DNA of 64,000 bases from Cetorhinus maximus (taxonomy: Eukaryota): contig NC_135903.1 in assembly GCF_964194155.1 (NCBI RefSeq), positions 29,326,001-29,390,000 of the forward strand. The letters run 5' to 3'. Numbering within the stretch: position 1 is the stretch's first letter; every line of letters begins with the position of its first letter. The notes under the pieces were generated by a model. The model was given only the letters and a program-made list of their open reading frames with translations. It was not told where the DNA came from and did not search any database. Below, piece after piece: positions 49,161-62,400 of this stretch. Both the position numbers and the translations under genes were made by a program.

Positions 49161-50059
49161 ATCGCTTGTCATTCTCCCATCCGACAGTTCTGTCTTCCTC
49201 TTCCCATTCACACTTTCATTGATCACGAATGTCTCTCCTGCCTCACTCAATCTTGTTAATTGTTAAATGTGTCTCTAATCGGAATATCCTCGATATAACA
49301 CTAAACTGCTTAAGTAAATAACTTCCATTTAACCTGTGCTACTAAAAACAGAAAATTACTAATAACGGTTTATAATCAGTTTATCATCAGTATAGAGATT
49401 TTCCCAGAACTGTACAGCTCTGTAATGGCAGTAGTTCTGACTTCTCATTGGAAGTGATTCTGCAGTCAGCTATTCAACAAAATGCCATTTCAAATAATGC
49501 CTGACAAGAATATTTTTGTTTCAATTGCCAAATGTAATAATAAAAGCTTATTTAGATACAAGAAGGGTCAGCGTGAGTTTGTCGATAATTTTATGTGATC
49601 TTCTTTGAAATTGTTATTCACCCTTGGGATATGGGCATCACTAGCTGTTATATTGGTGCATATGGTACCCCTTAAGAAGCCAAGCCTGGATTCCTGAAAA
49701 TTTGTAAATACGTGTGGTGCCAAATGGGCTCTTCTTCAGTGGTGTAGTGGCAAATTTTGAGTTGCAGGAGCTCTAAGAAAATGTGTTGGCCAAATCATTT
49801 CTAAATCTACTATTATGTTGTTTTCCTATGTATTAATCATTTGAGTCTCCAAAAATCAGTAAACTATGCTTTTGAAGTGAAAAATATTAGTGTTAGTAGG
49901 TGGTTGGCACTTAATTTTGAACTGTGTGGTATTTTGAATCACTAGTCTTTAGCTTGGCTAGAATTTAATTATACAAGTTTAATTATTTAATTCAACCCTA
50001 TTAAAAACAAATTACAGAAAACTTTACTTACTCCTTCTGACTGGGGAATGGTATATAGA

Positions 50060-51135
50060 GGGACCACTGCTTTTCTTGATTTATATTAATACCCAGATCT
50101 GGGTGTGCAGTACATTTTTTCAAAATTTACAGATGATACAAGACTTCAAGGTATTGTGAACTGTGAGGAGGATAGTGAAAGACTTCAAGAGGATATAGAC
50201 AGGCTGGTGGAATGGGCAGATGAAATTTGATGTAGAGAGGTTGAAGTAATACATTTTGGGCAGAAGAACGAGGAGAGGTGACAAAATAAAGGGCACAATT
50301 CTAAAAGAAATGCAGGAGCAGAGGGACCTGGGTGTACATTCGCACAAATCATTGAAGGTGGCAGGGCAGGTTGGAAAAGCAGTTAATAAATTATGCTGAA
50401 TCCTGGGTTTTATAAAAAGGGGCATAGAGTACAAAAGCAAGTGAGTTATGAACCTTCATAAAATATTGGCTCAGCCTCAACTGGAAGGATGTGAAGGTTT
50501 TAGCGAGGGTGCAGAAAATATTTACAAGAGTAGTTCTGAGGATGACTTCAGTTACTTAGATAGATTGGTGAAGCTTGGGCTGTTCTCCATGGAGAAGAGA
50601 AGGTTGAGAGGAGATTTGATAGATGTGTTCAAAATCATGAGGGTCTAGATAAAATAGATGGGGAGCAACTGTTCCCATCGGCAGAAGGTCAAGAACACGA
50701 AAGTGATTAATAAAAGAACCAGAGGTGAATGAGGAAAAGCTTTTTTATGCCAACAGATGGTTTGGCTCTGGAATGCACTGCCTGAAAGTGTGGCGGAGAC
50801 AGTTTAAATTGTAGTTTTCAAAAGGGAACCGGATAATTATTGGAAGAGAAGATTTTACAGGGCTACATGGAATAAGTGGAGGTGTGGGACTAGCTGAGTT
50901 GTAGTGGCAGAGAACCAACACAGAGATAATGTGCTAAATAGCCTCCTTCTGTGCTATAACTATTCTATGATTCTGGTACATTTAAGGTACTTGACAAACA
51001 AACGAGGAAGAAAAAAGCTGAAGGTTACCCTGATATTGTGATCAAGAAGGGTGGGAGGAAGCATATGTGGAACATAAACACCAGCATAGATGGGGTGGCC
51101 AAATGGCCTGCTTTTGTGCTGTAAATTCCATATAA
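50060..51135 (+). mobile_element. CR1 LINE 3' portion plus a second short CR1 tail
   Basis: Remnants of KF.DDT, LQEDIDRLVEW and KLGLFSMEKRRLRGDLIDVFKIM; TATTCTATGATTCT tail at ~50961-50974. Confidence 0.88.
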
Positions 51136-51221
51136 AACTGCCAGCAGGGAATACAAACACTACACCACGTTTCACATCCTCAGGCCATCACAGCCAAGGA
51201 ATTAATGTGAATCACTTTCAT

Positions 51222-53000
51222 TCCCCCACACTGTCTACCCGTCCAAACACTCTTTCCACCCTCTACACACTCTCCCCCCAACAACCTCCACACTCTATTC
51301 CCCCAACTGCCCCCACACTCTTTCCAAAAAACACCCCAAACTCTCCACCTCTCCCTCCGCCCCCACACACTCCCCCTCCCTCTCCAACCTCCACCCTCTC
51401 CCCCTCCCATCCCCACGCTCTCACCCTCCAACTCCCACACTTGCCCCCTCTGCCTCTACCCCCACACTCTCCCCCGCCCCCTCTACACCCGCAGTCTCCC
51501 CTACCCCTTTACCCCCATGCTCTCCCCCTCTACCCCTCTATCCCCACACTCTCTCCCCTATCCCACACTCTCCCCCACCCCCTCAATATTCCCCTCCACC
51601 CTCACACTCTCTCTCCCTCCACCCCCACACTCTCCCCCTCTCCCCTCCACCCCCGCACTCTCCCCCTCTTCCCTCCACCCCCAACACTCTCCCCTCCACC
51701 CCCCACACTCTCCCCCTCTCCCCTCCACCCCCACACTCTCCCCCTCTCTCCTCCATTCCCACACTCTCCCCTTCTTCCCTCCATCCCAACACTCTCCCCC
51801 CTCTCCTCCACTCCCCACCCTCTCCCCTCCCCTCCATTGCCACACTCTCCCCACTCTCTCCCCCTCAATATCCCCTCCACCCTCACACTCGCTCCCCCCA
51901 CACTCCCACACACTCCCCCTCACCCCTCCACCCCTCACACTCTCCCCCTCTCCCCTCCATTGCCACACTCTCCCCCTCTCCTCCCCACTCTCTCCCCCTC
52001 AATATCCCCTCCACCCTCACACTCTCTCTCCCTCCACCCCCACACTCTCCCCCTCTCCCCTCCACCCCCGCACTCTCCTCCTCTTCCCTCCACCCCCAAC
52101 ACTCTCCCCTCCACCCCCCACACTCTCTCCCTCTCCCCTCCACCCCCACACTCTCCCCCTCTCCCCTCCATTCCCACACTCTCCCCTTCTTCCCTCCACC
52201 CCAACACTCTCCCCTCTCTCCTCCACTCCCCACCCTCTCCCCTCCCCTCCATTGCCACTCTCTCCCCCTCTCCTCCCCGCTCTCTCCCCCTCAATATCCC
52301 CTCCACCCTCACACTCGCTCCCCCCACACTCCCACACACTCCCCCTCACCCCTCCACCCTTCACACTCTCCCCCTCTCCCCTCCATCTCCCACACTCTCC
52401 CCCTCTCCCCTCCATCCCTCACACCCTCCCCCCTCCCCTTCGCCCTCAAACTCTCCCCCACCCCTCCACCCCCACACTCTCCCCCTCCCCCTCCCACACT
52501 CTCCCGCTCACCCACAACCTCCCACACTCTCCCACTCCCCCTCCACCTCCCACACTCTCCCCTCCCCCTCCACCTCCCATAATTTCCCCATCCCCTCTAC
52601 CTCCCATACTCTCCCCATCCCCCTCTACACCCACATACCCCCTCAATATTCCCCTCCACCTTCACAGTTCTCCGACCATACTCCCCACACTCTCCTCCTC
52701 TCCCCTCCGCCCCTCACACTCTCCCCTTCTACTCCACCTCTCACACTCTGCCCGTCCACCACTCTCCTCCTCCAGCTCCCACACTCTCTCCTCCCCCTCC
52801 CACACTCTCCCCTCCCCCAACACTCTCCCCTACCCCTCCCATACTCTCCCCTCCAGCTCCCACACTGTCTCCCTCCCCCTTCAGCCCCGCACACTCTCAC
52901 CACAACCCCCCCGCACACTTCCCCTCCATACCCAACACCCCACACTCCCTCTCTCCGCCATCCTCACTCTCTCGCTCCTGCCCCCACACTCTCTCCCCTG
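51222..53000. repeat. C-rich minisatellite (CCCCACACTCTCCCCCT-like units) with a higher-order duplication
   Basis: The marker CCCCTCAATAT(T)CCCCTCCACC recurs at ~51579, 51861, 51995, 52287 and 52640; the + strand is almost devoid of G. Confidence 0.93.
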
Positions 53001-54080
53001 GAGATGGTTCCTCCATTGCCTAACACCCTGGATTAACCCATATCTTGTTCTCACTTACTATCCTACAACCAGTGCACTTTCCAACATAGAGGAAGCAGAC
53101 ATCAGTCACCAGCAGGACTCCTGATTTTTTTTTTTGATCCACTTTGCTCAAACTGAAGCAATTTGTAGTGCCCTTGTCTCTGTCCCAACTGACATCAACT
53201 ATTTATTATTTACCAGTAAGGTGTCCTGGGACCTTCCTTCATTGCAAGGCACATTCTGTATGTATTCATGAAGTCTGTATTTAAAAATAGTCAACATTGC
53301 AACAAATTAACAAGCGACATAGCAATGTAGCAAGACCGTAGCTAATATTCAGAACCAAATAAATTTAATTTGTTCATTATATTTTACTGACATTTATTTT
53401 AAAATTAATAGTTGAAGAATATTGTTTTAAAGTGCAAAAACATGTTTTTTTACTGAAGTGAAGCAGTGAATGTATGTTTTCAATCCAGCCAATAATAGAA
53501 CTAACATGTGAAATACTTGCAGAAGAAATACTATCTACTGCATCACTGCTATTACTATATTCTAATTTCCATTTACATCAGTTCACAGATGAGGCACACG
53601 AATGTTAAAGAAGTATTACAGACAACTGCACACAAAGAGTGCACCTAACTTTTGTAACTTATATCATGAGGAAAATAAGCTGCATTTTGTAAATAAATCA
53701 AATGTACTAACCGACAGAAGAAAGATAATTCATGTGTTTAATAAACAGTGGACATCAGTCCCAGAAAAAAAATCCGGTTAGTGATTTTTTTTAACAAGTC
53801 AGCCACGGGTCCTGGTTGGAGGTGCAGGAGCGGCACACCAGTGTATTCTGGCAGCACTACACTGCTGCTTTTCTTATTTTCCTCCTCGGGGAGGACTGGT
53901 AAGCCTGGAGCTGATAATAATGGCCTATTTTTCTAGCCTCTACACCATCACGGCTAACCAAAAAGTGCCCAAGATGGGTGCCCACCAGAGCCATCTAAAT
54001 GAGTTGACCTTCCCCTGACATTGTGGATGCTCATTCTGCACTGAGATCAATTGTCAATCAGTAACGGAATCAAGATGGAA

Positions 54081-54190
54081 GGTCCTGTGGCCCAGTGGGG
54101 AGCGTCCCTGCCTCTGAGCCAGAAGCTTGGTTTCGAGTCGCTCTCCAGGGCTTGATAGCCAAGGAAGGTGTGTTCATAATGCATGGACCC
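54081..54190 (+). mobile_element. tRNA-derived SINE head
   Basis: TGGCCCAGTGG (box A) ... GTTTCGAGTC (box B-like). No clean cloverleaf. Confidence 0.5.
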
Positions 54191-54258
54191 AGATTATGAC
54201 ATGCATGTTGCCAAAGCAACTCGGATTCCCTGAGTGATCTGTAACACCACCACGACCA

Positions 54259-54380
54259 AGGGATATGGGGTTAAGGCTGAAAAAGTGGAGTAGAAGTTTA
54301 GTGGCAATTTTATTGAATAGTGCAGCAGGCTTGAGGGGCCTACTCCTGCCCCTATTTCTTATTTATTATGTTCTTATGAT
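54259..54380 (+). mobile_element. CR1-type 3' tail
   Basis: AGGGATATGGGG...GCAGGCTTGAGGGGCC...CCTATTTCTT...TTATGTTCTTATG. Confidence 0.65.
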
Positions 54381-56364
54381 CCCACAAGCTCTGATGGGGG
54401 TCAGTGGCGGAGGTGACAAATGGGTGTGGTCCTGGTATGAATAGCAAGAAATGCTGGTTTGTCGCTTTTCGGGCCATTAAACCTTTCTCAAGACATCTCA
54501 AAAGGGGGAAAAACAGACACAGGAAAAATTTGATTGTAATCTGGGAATAGTCTGGTTAACCATTGCTTCACTTGATAAAACAATAAAGAGGAAAAGCAGA
54601 AAGCCAACGTGGTTTTTGGTTTAATTTGCTTTATAAATATAATTAATACGCTGTATCAGATAAAGTAGTGCCATATGTCCCTGATAACTGATGCTTAATG
54701 AAAAACAAGGAAGAGTTGATAGCCAGTTTAAAATAAAATTAATATTTTATTTATTTTGCCTCCCTCGGTGCTCCTAGATACATCATGAAAGCTTTTTAAC
54801 CCAGTGGATTTATAAGGACTGAACTATTTTTCACCACTGTTGATTTTTGGATTCAAACTGGCTGTCATGTGATTTACAGTGGGATCACACTTTATTTGTG
54901 ATTAATCACACTTTTCTTCTGAGGGCAGTAATCATCTTTTGGCACTTTGCAATATTCTGAAAGAAACAGGAGAATGCTTTTGAAGTAAATTGCTTCATTC
55001 TGGGCATGGGGTAGATTTAGGAACTTGTGGCAGCAATCACCTTACTATAGAGTCATGATATGGTCTACAAAGGCTGACTGTAACTTTGCATCAAGCTGAA
55101 AGTATTCCAGAGGAACAGAGGGTTAAAATGGAGGGCGGGTCCTTCCTCTGGGTTTTTGCCGGCCGCCAGTTTAACAGCAGTGTTCATGCAGCATGCGAGC
55201 CCTTGCCATAGAACCTTGTAAATATACAGAAGTCAGGATGCTGTGGTGCACATTGAACCCTGCCATGACTTTAACATGCAGTCATGCAAGTGGTGCCCTG
55301 TGCAAGAGTCACCAGCAGAAACTGGCATTGGAAAGGGCCCAGAAAGTAGATTTTTATTTTTAAAAAATGTTTTGGGTTTCCTTTGGGCCAGGAGGAATGC
55401 TCCAGACCCTGCACAAGACTCCTGCCGCCCAAAATGTTGTTCCCTCCCCTCGGCCAGGTAGTGGTTCCTGTTGGGATCAGAGAGAAATTCATCTGGAAGT
55501 TGGTAATGGAGCCCGGGAGTTAAACCGGCCCAGGTCTCACTCCAGTGTGGCCCATGTGCGACATTGACATTATTTCCGACAACATGGCACTTTGAGCCCA
55601 TGCCCAGAGTTTAAATTAGGACTTACATTTCTTCTAATAGTATTCTCATTCCGGGGAAGAGAGTCTGCCTCCTGTATCCTAGACTAGAAAACTTCTAGCC
55701 TATTGACCTTCCTTCCCTCTCAGCTTTTCTCCTTTCCTCTTGTAAATCATTGAATAGCAATCAGGAACAAAATCCTGCCTGATTCTCTCCAAGCCCTAAT
55801 TCATATATGGCTAATACTCTGTTGCTGTTGCTGCTGAGGTTAGCTGACTCAATGCAGAATCATGTCTATCTTGTATGTTGTGAGTGTAAGTTACTGTGAC
55901 TGACAAATTTCTATACTGTCAAAATATGAGAAGAGTCAGCGAAATGACCTAAAATGGTGCATTAAGCACTCTTTCAATGCTATTTATCTTGTCTTCCTAC
56001 ATTACTGATGGTATTCAGCTCTACAACTTTCAAGTATCAGTGAATGGTTGGTCGCTTACTAGTGCATACAGTAAAGAAAGGTAAGTGGCTGAATACTTTG
56101 TCTGGCATGATAATAATAAGGAAGACAGCCAAGCGTGACTACATGATCTGTCTTGAATATATGAGGAAAAATATTTAATCACTAGCAGGTTGCCTGTGAC
56201 ATTGTTCACAAGTTGGTTGATGCACTATTTAATGAGGACAGGAATGTATTGCTATCTAATGTATAATGCAGTGTGCACTTGCATCTTTAACCAGACCTTA
56301 TCCTTTAAAGCCACTATTGCTGTAATTAAAAGACCCTATGATCAATTAGTGATTAAATACAGAA

Positions 56365-59300
56365 GGGGAGATGGTGGCAAAGTGTAAGATCACTGGACTA
56401 GAAATCCAGAGGCCCAGGCTAATGCTCTGGGGACATGAGTTCAAATCCTGGTGGAATTTAAATTCAATTCATAAATCTGGAATCAAAAGCTAATGATGAC
56501 CATGAAACATTGTTGATTACCGTAAAAACCCATCTGGTTCACTAATGCCCTTTAGGGAAGGAAATCTGCCATCCTTACCTGGTCTGGCTACACATGACTC
56601 CAGACCCACAGCAATGTGGTTGACTCTGAAATGGCCTAGCAAGCCACTCAGTTGTATCAAACCAGTAAAAAGTCTCAAAGGAATGAAAATGGATGGACCA
56701 CCCAGCATCGACCTAGGCAATGACACACCCAGCACTGTTGACCCTCCAAAGTCCTCCTTACTAACATCTAGGAACTTGTGCCTGGATGGGAGAGCTACCC
56801 ACAGACTAGTCAAGCAACAGGCTGATATAGTCACACTCACAGAATCATACCTTACAGTCAATGTCCCAGATATCACCATCCCTGGGTATGTCATGTCTCA
56901 CTGACAGGACAGACATATCAGAGGTGGTATACAGTCAGGGGGGATATGCCCTCTGAGTCCTCAACATTGACTCTAGACCTATGTAGTCCCATCAGGTCAA
57001 ACATGGGCAAGGAAACTTCTTACTGTTTACCTCCTACCATCCCCCCCTCAGCTGATGAATCAGTGCTCCTCCATGTTGAACACCATGGAGGAAGCACTGA
57101 GGGTGGAAAGGGTGCAGAGTGTACTCTGGGACTTCAATGTCCATCACAAAAAGTGGCTTGGTAGCACCACTACTGACCCATCTGGCTGACTCCTAAAGGA
57201 CACAGCTGCTAGACTGGGTCTTCAGCAGCTGGTGAAGAAAAAACCTACTTGTCCTCATCGTCACCAATCTACTTGTCGCAGATGCATCTGTCCATGACTG
57301 TATTGGTAGGAGTGACCACTGCACAGTCCTTGTGGAGATGAAGTCCCGTCTTCACATTGAGGATACTCACCATTGTGCTGTGGAGCACTACCAACGTGCT
57401 AAATGGGATAAGATTCTGAACAGATCTAGCAACTGAAAACTGGGTATCCATAAGGCGCTGTGGGCCATCAGCAGCAGCAGAATTGTGTAAACCACAACCT
57501 GTAATCTCATGGCCTGGCATATCTCCCACTCCACCATTACCACCAAGCCAGGGGATCAACCCTGGATCAATGAAGAGTGCAGGAGGGTATGCCAGGAGCA
57601 GCACCAAGCACACCTAAAAATGAGGTGTCAACCTGGTGAAGCCACAACACAGAGCTACTTGCATGCCAAACAGCAGAACTGCATGCAATAGACAGAGCTA
57701 AGCGATCCCACAATCAACAGATCAGATCTAAACTCTGCAGTCCTGCCACATCCAGCTGAGAATGGGTGTGGACAAGTAAACAATTCACTGGAGAATGAGG
57801 CTTTGCAAATATCCCCATCCTTAATGACGGATGAGTCCATCATATCAGTGCAAAAGATAAGGCTGAAGCATTTGCAATTACCTTCAGCCAGAAGTGTTGA
57901 GTGGATGATTCATCTCGGCCTCCTCCTGAGGTCCCCAGCATCACAGATGCCAGTCTTCAGCCAATTTGATTCACTCCAAGAATGGACCCTGAAAACATTC
58001 CAGCAAAAGTACTGAAGACTTGTGCTCCAGAACTAATGCCCCTAGTTAAACTGTTCCAGCTACAACACTGTCATCTACCGGCAATGTGGAAAATTGCCGA
58101 AGTATGTCCTGTCTACAAAAAGCAGGACAAATCCAACCCGGCCAATTACCGCCCCATCATTGTATTCCCAATCATCAGTAAAGTGATGGAAAGTGTCGTC
58201 GACAGTGCTTTCAAGCAACATTTACTCAGAAATAACCTGCTCACTGACGCTCAGTTTGGGTTCCTCTGGGGCTACTCAGCTCCTGACCTCATTACAGCCT
58301 TGGTCCAAACATGGACATAAGAGCTGAGTCAAGAGGTGAGAGTAAGTGCCCTTGACATAAAGGCAGCATTCAACTGAATGTGGCATCAAGGAACCTGGGC
58401 AACCCTGAAGTCAATGAAAATCGGGGGGAAAACTCTCTGCTGGTTGCAGTCATACCTAGCACAAAGGAAGATGATTGTGGGTTTTGGAGGTCAATCATCT
58501 CAGTCCCAGGACATCATTGTAGGTGTTCCTCAGGGTAGTGTCTTCGGCCCAACCATCTTCAGCTGCTCCCTCAATGACCTTCCCTCCATCATAAGGTCAG
58601 AAGTGGGGATGTTGCTGATGAGTGCACAATGTTCAGCACCATTCGCAACTCCTCAGATACTGAAGCAGCCCATGTCCAAATGCAGCAAGACCTGGACAAT
58701 ATCCAGGTTTGGGTTGACAAGTGGCAAGTAACATTCATGCCACACAAGTGCCAGGTAATGACCAACCCCAACAAGAGAGAACCAACACCTCTTGACATTC
58801 AATGGCATTACCATCGCTGAATCCCCTACTATCAACATCCTGGGGGTTACCATTGACCAGAAACTGAACTGGACCAGCCATATAAATACTGTGGCTATGA
58901 CAGCACATCAGATGCTGGGAATTCTGCAGAGTATAACTCACCTCCTGACTCCCTGAAGCCTGTCCACCATCTACAAGGCACAAATCAGGAGTGTGCCGGA
59001 ATACTCTCCACTTGTGTGATTGCAGCTCCACCAGCACTCAAGAAGCTTGACACCATCAAGAACCAAAGCAGCCGCTCGATGGGCACTCCATTCACCATCT
59101 TAAAAATTCACTCCCTCTACCACTGATGCACAGTGGCAGTAGTGTGTGCCATCTACAAGATCCACTGCAGCAACTCACCAAGGCTCCTTCAACAGCACCT
59201 TCGAACCTCTACCATTCAGAAGGACAAAAGTGGCAGATCCATGGGAACACCACCACCAGCAAGTTCCCCTCATGCTATACACCATCCTGTCTTTTTGAAA

Positions 59301-59467
59301 TATATTGGTGTTTCTTCATTGTCGCTGGATCAAAATCCCAGAATTCCCTTTCTAAGAGCACTGTGGGTGCATCTACACCACACGGACTGCAGCAGTTCAA
59401 GAAGGTGGCTCAGCAATCAGGGATGTAGGCCAGTGACACCCACATCCCATGCATAAATAAAAAAAAA
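56365..59467 (+). mobile_element. Apparently full-length APE+RT LINE with a tRNA/SINE-like 5' end and no ORF1, decayed
   Basis: Box A TGGCAAAGTG (~56375), box B GTTCAAATCC (56439), SINE-shared body to ~56630; APE from ~56745 (HRLVKQQ.DIV.LTESYL); RT (WKIA.VCPV.KK, NYRPI, GVPQGSVFGP); tail CCCACATCCCATG..AAT plus poly(A). Confidence 0.9.
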
Positions 59468-62400
59468 TGTTGGTTTGTAGATTTGCAAGTGACCCAGATA
59501 GGGTGCTTCAATAAAAGCTATGTTTTTTGAAGGAAGAGTAGGAGTGCTCCTCCAACTCCACAGCCATTGCAACTGTCACAATCCTCCAACATTGCCAGCT
59601 CAAACCCCTCCTACTAAACCTGACCTTCAAACAGCTGCCAGTGAGGCAAGCACATCATCATTTGTGCTGTTCCAATGCAGGAGGTGGCTCTGGATGTTTC
59701 ATAGGCAATGCCAACTTGCATGTAAAATGTAATTGAGGTCTGAGGCCCAATTTAGGGTTATCCTTTGGCTGTGCTGTGTGCTGCTTGTGGAGCTCTCATT
59801 CTGGACCCAGACGTATTTCAATCCCTATACTCTTGCTGTAAACTGCAGGGTAGAATTAGCATTGAAAAGGACAAGTAGAAAGGACAGTCATTGCCCACAG
59901 AGCATTAACAACAATGACTGGATTGGTTCTTAGCTGAAGATCATGGCTCAGGCAATGGCTCAGTCACATCCTTGCTTTGCACTTTGTCCTGTTTGTCTCC
60001 TAGAGACTGTTTCCTATTACTTTCTCGCACACCTCTCTTGAATGGAATATCATAGATCATACAGGACCCATCACTATTTTGAACACTTTCTCTCATGCAT
60101 ACTTTAATGCACTGCCAAAGAGACCCAGACAACAGACTTGTTGTTTCAAGACTCAAAAATATTATTCAGTGAACACCTTGGTTTTAGCACTGAGCTTCAT
60201 TGTAATGCTCCTCAGACCTATTGGTTGTCATGGTGATGGGTTGAAGAAAATAGCCAGAATCCTCTAGTGACCATTCATTCAGCTTGCTATCATCCGAGAG
60301 CAAATCCTGAATATTGGAATATTACAAGTTGCAAGAGTCATGGCAGCTCCCAGGATACCTGGTATTAATTTGGATGGTACTTTTTTGGCCTGTTGACTCA
60401 GTAATACCGTTCTAAAGCTATGCCTGATGGGGCCTGAACAGACATGGGCAAGCGTTTGATAATACACTCCATCCTTGGGATACTAAGAATATCAAAGCTA
60501 CTTGTCATCTGATCTCTGCTGCAGTATCTAAAGTGTCAAAGTGCATATGGTTACATGCAGACCTTAGCAAAGCTTTGGTGACATTTTAAATTCCTTTGTG
60601 CCGCACTCACATTATTTATTTTCTAGCACAAAATTAATTTAAACAGTGGCTGGAGCATTTAAGTAGAAAACAACAAAGGGCATAGTCATTGGAACAAGTC
60701 AGATCGAGAAATGGAGGTCTTAGTTCCGAGATTGCTGGTTTAAGCTTACATTAAAATATTATTTTGATGGTACAGGAAATAATAAAAACAATTTTAACCT
60801 AACTTGTCTAGCAGGATAGAACGGGCTTGGGTCAGTCACTCATTTTACAACCCATCCAGTGGATGAAACGTAACGCTGGGATTGGACCAAAACCTGACCT
60901 ATTCCCATTGGGCAGGTTAGGTTGAATGGATAGGTGTATGAGATTGAGTGAACTTAAATGAGAATTGCATTCTATTCATGTACTTCATGTAAAGTAAACC
61001 AGCTCATTGGTTCTCAGTTAACCCCAGAGCATCCAGTGTTAAAAAGTTCAGAGACTGCAAATGGTGACACGTGCATGACCACAGAAACAAAGCATCTTTT
61101 TGCCACCGTCCCTGTGGTCACACCATTGTTTAACTAAATATTGGGCATCAAAGATGCTCTGTTTTATAGGGATTGCAATGGTTGTTTAGTGACCAATGAT
61201 TCTGAATGCAAGAGAATATCTATACAGATTTAAATTTCTAATAATTTCCAATAACATTTCCTAATAGTCTACTAAAAGAAGAATTGCATTCATTATCCTA
61301 GTTATGGGAAGGAAGATGCTTGGTCCTTTTCTCTGTTGAACTGGTGGGAACAGTTCATCCCTATTGGAATTTTGTGGTGACTGTGTATCTAGTCCCTGTT
61401 TGTCTGTCTCATGACATTATGGAAGTTTTGATGGTGAGGATGTGGGGGCATTGCACAGAAATTGCAGAGCTGCTCATCTTGTGCGATGTCATGAATTAGA
61501 CTTTTTTTTAACCTAACCTTTAGGATCATGTTATTTCTGTGCCATAAATTGCTGGGTAAGATATTTGAATACACCATTGCAATGGCAGTAAGGCATCTGC
61601 GACTTCTTAAACATCGGGTCCAATAGTCTATCCTTTAACTAATTTAAGAATAGAGAGAGAAACAGAACAAATAATGTTAAAAGAAATAGACTGAGTTAAA
61701 GTCAAAGTGGATACAGAATGAGAAATAAAGAAAGGGAATGGAGGAGTGAATTGAGAGGGAGAAAAAGATACATTTTAAATTTAAAAAGCTCTAAGAACAG
61801 TTTACTACTACTTTACAAATTAACTTCTGTCTACTATCAGTAAAATGATCCCTTTTAGGACCAGTCTGGAAACTCCACAACTTCAATTGTTCCCTTTGTG
61901 GATCTCCAAGGGTGAGTGGCATGTCAAGACCATAAAATGTACCACCCACTGGGTCCTTACTGTAGTCATTTTAATCTTCAAAAAAGTACTTGATGTTATT
62001 ACTATCTGATCAGTCAGGAGAACTGCAACCAAATACGCTGGAATGTTGAGTTGAATCAGAGTTTAAGATTAAATATATCACATATGTTACACTGCAAATG
62101 CATAGGACAGTGACAAGCAGCAAGTACAGGTCAGATCGGGCAGGACAGTTGGCATGCTCTTAACTTTTTTCTTTCTCAGTGTCTCACGTCTTTATGACTT
62201 TTCAAACTACATAGATCTACCATTAAGAGTTTCTCTTCACTGTCTACCTCACCAAGGTCTCCCCAAGCCTCCTACAGCCTTTTTGAGGGGAGGCCTTGGA
62301 TGGACTATTGACAGGCCCTTTTCACCTTATAAAGAGTTACTTTATTTAAAAATTCCCTGTAAAAGGTTGTGTTCTTTGTCTGAACCTTTGTTTGAAAACT

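Noticed and set aside
51090-53124. 648-aa and 535-aa Pro/Ser/His-rich ORFs resembling extensin
   Set aside because: By-product of a C-rich minisatellite that lacks stop codons; several frames on both strands are open.
54081-54150. tRNA gene
   Set aside because: Box A and box B are present but there is no convincing cloverleaf or terminator; better explained as a SINE head.
59941-60156. ORF with a protein-like tail (SDGSCMIYDIPFKRG...)
   Set aside because: No recognisable homology or supporting exon structure.
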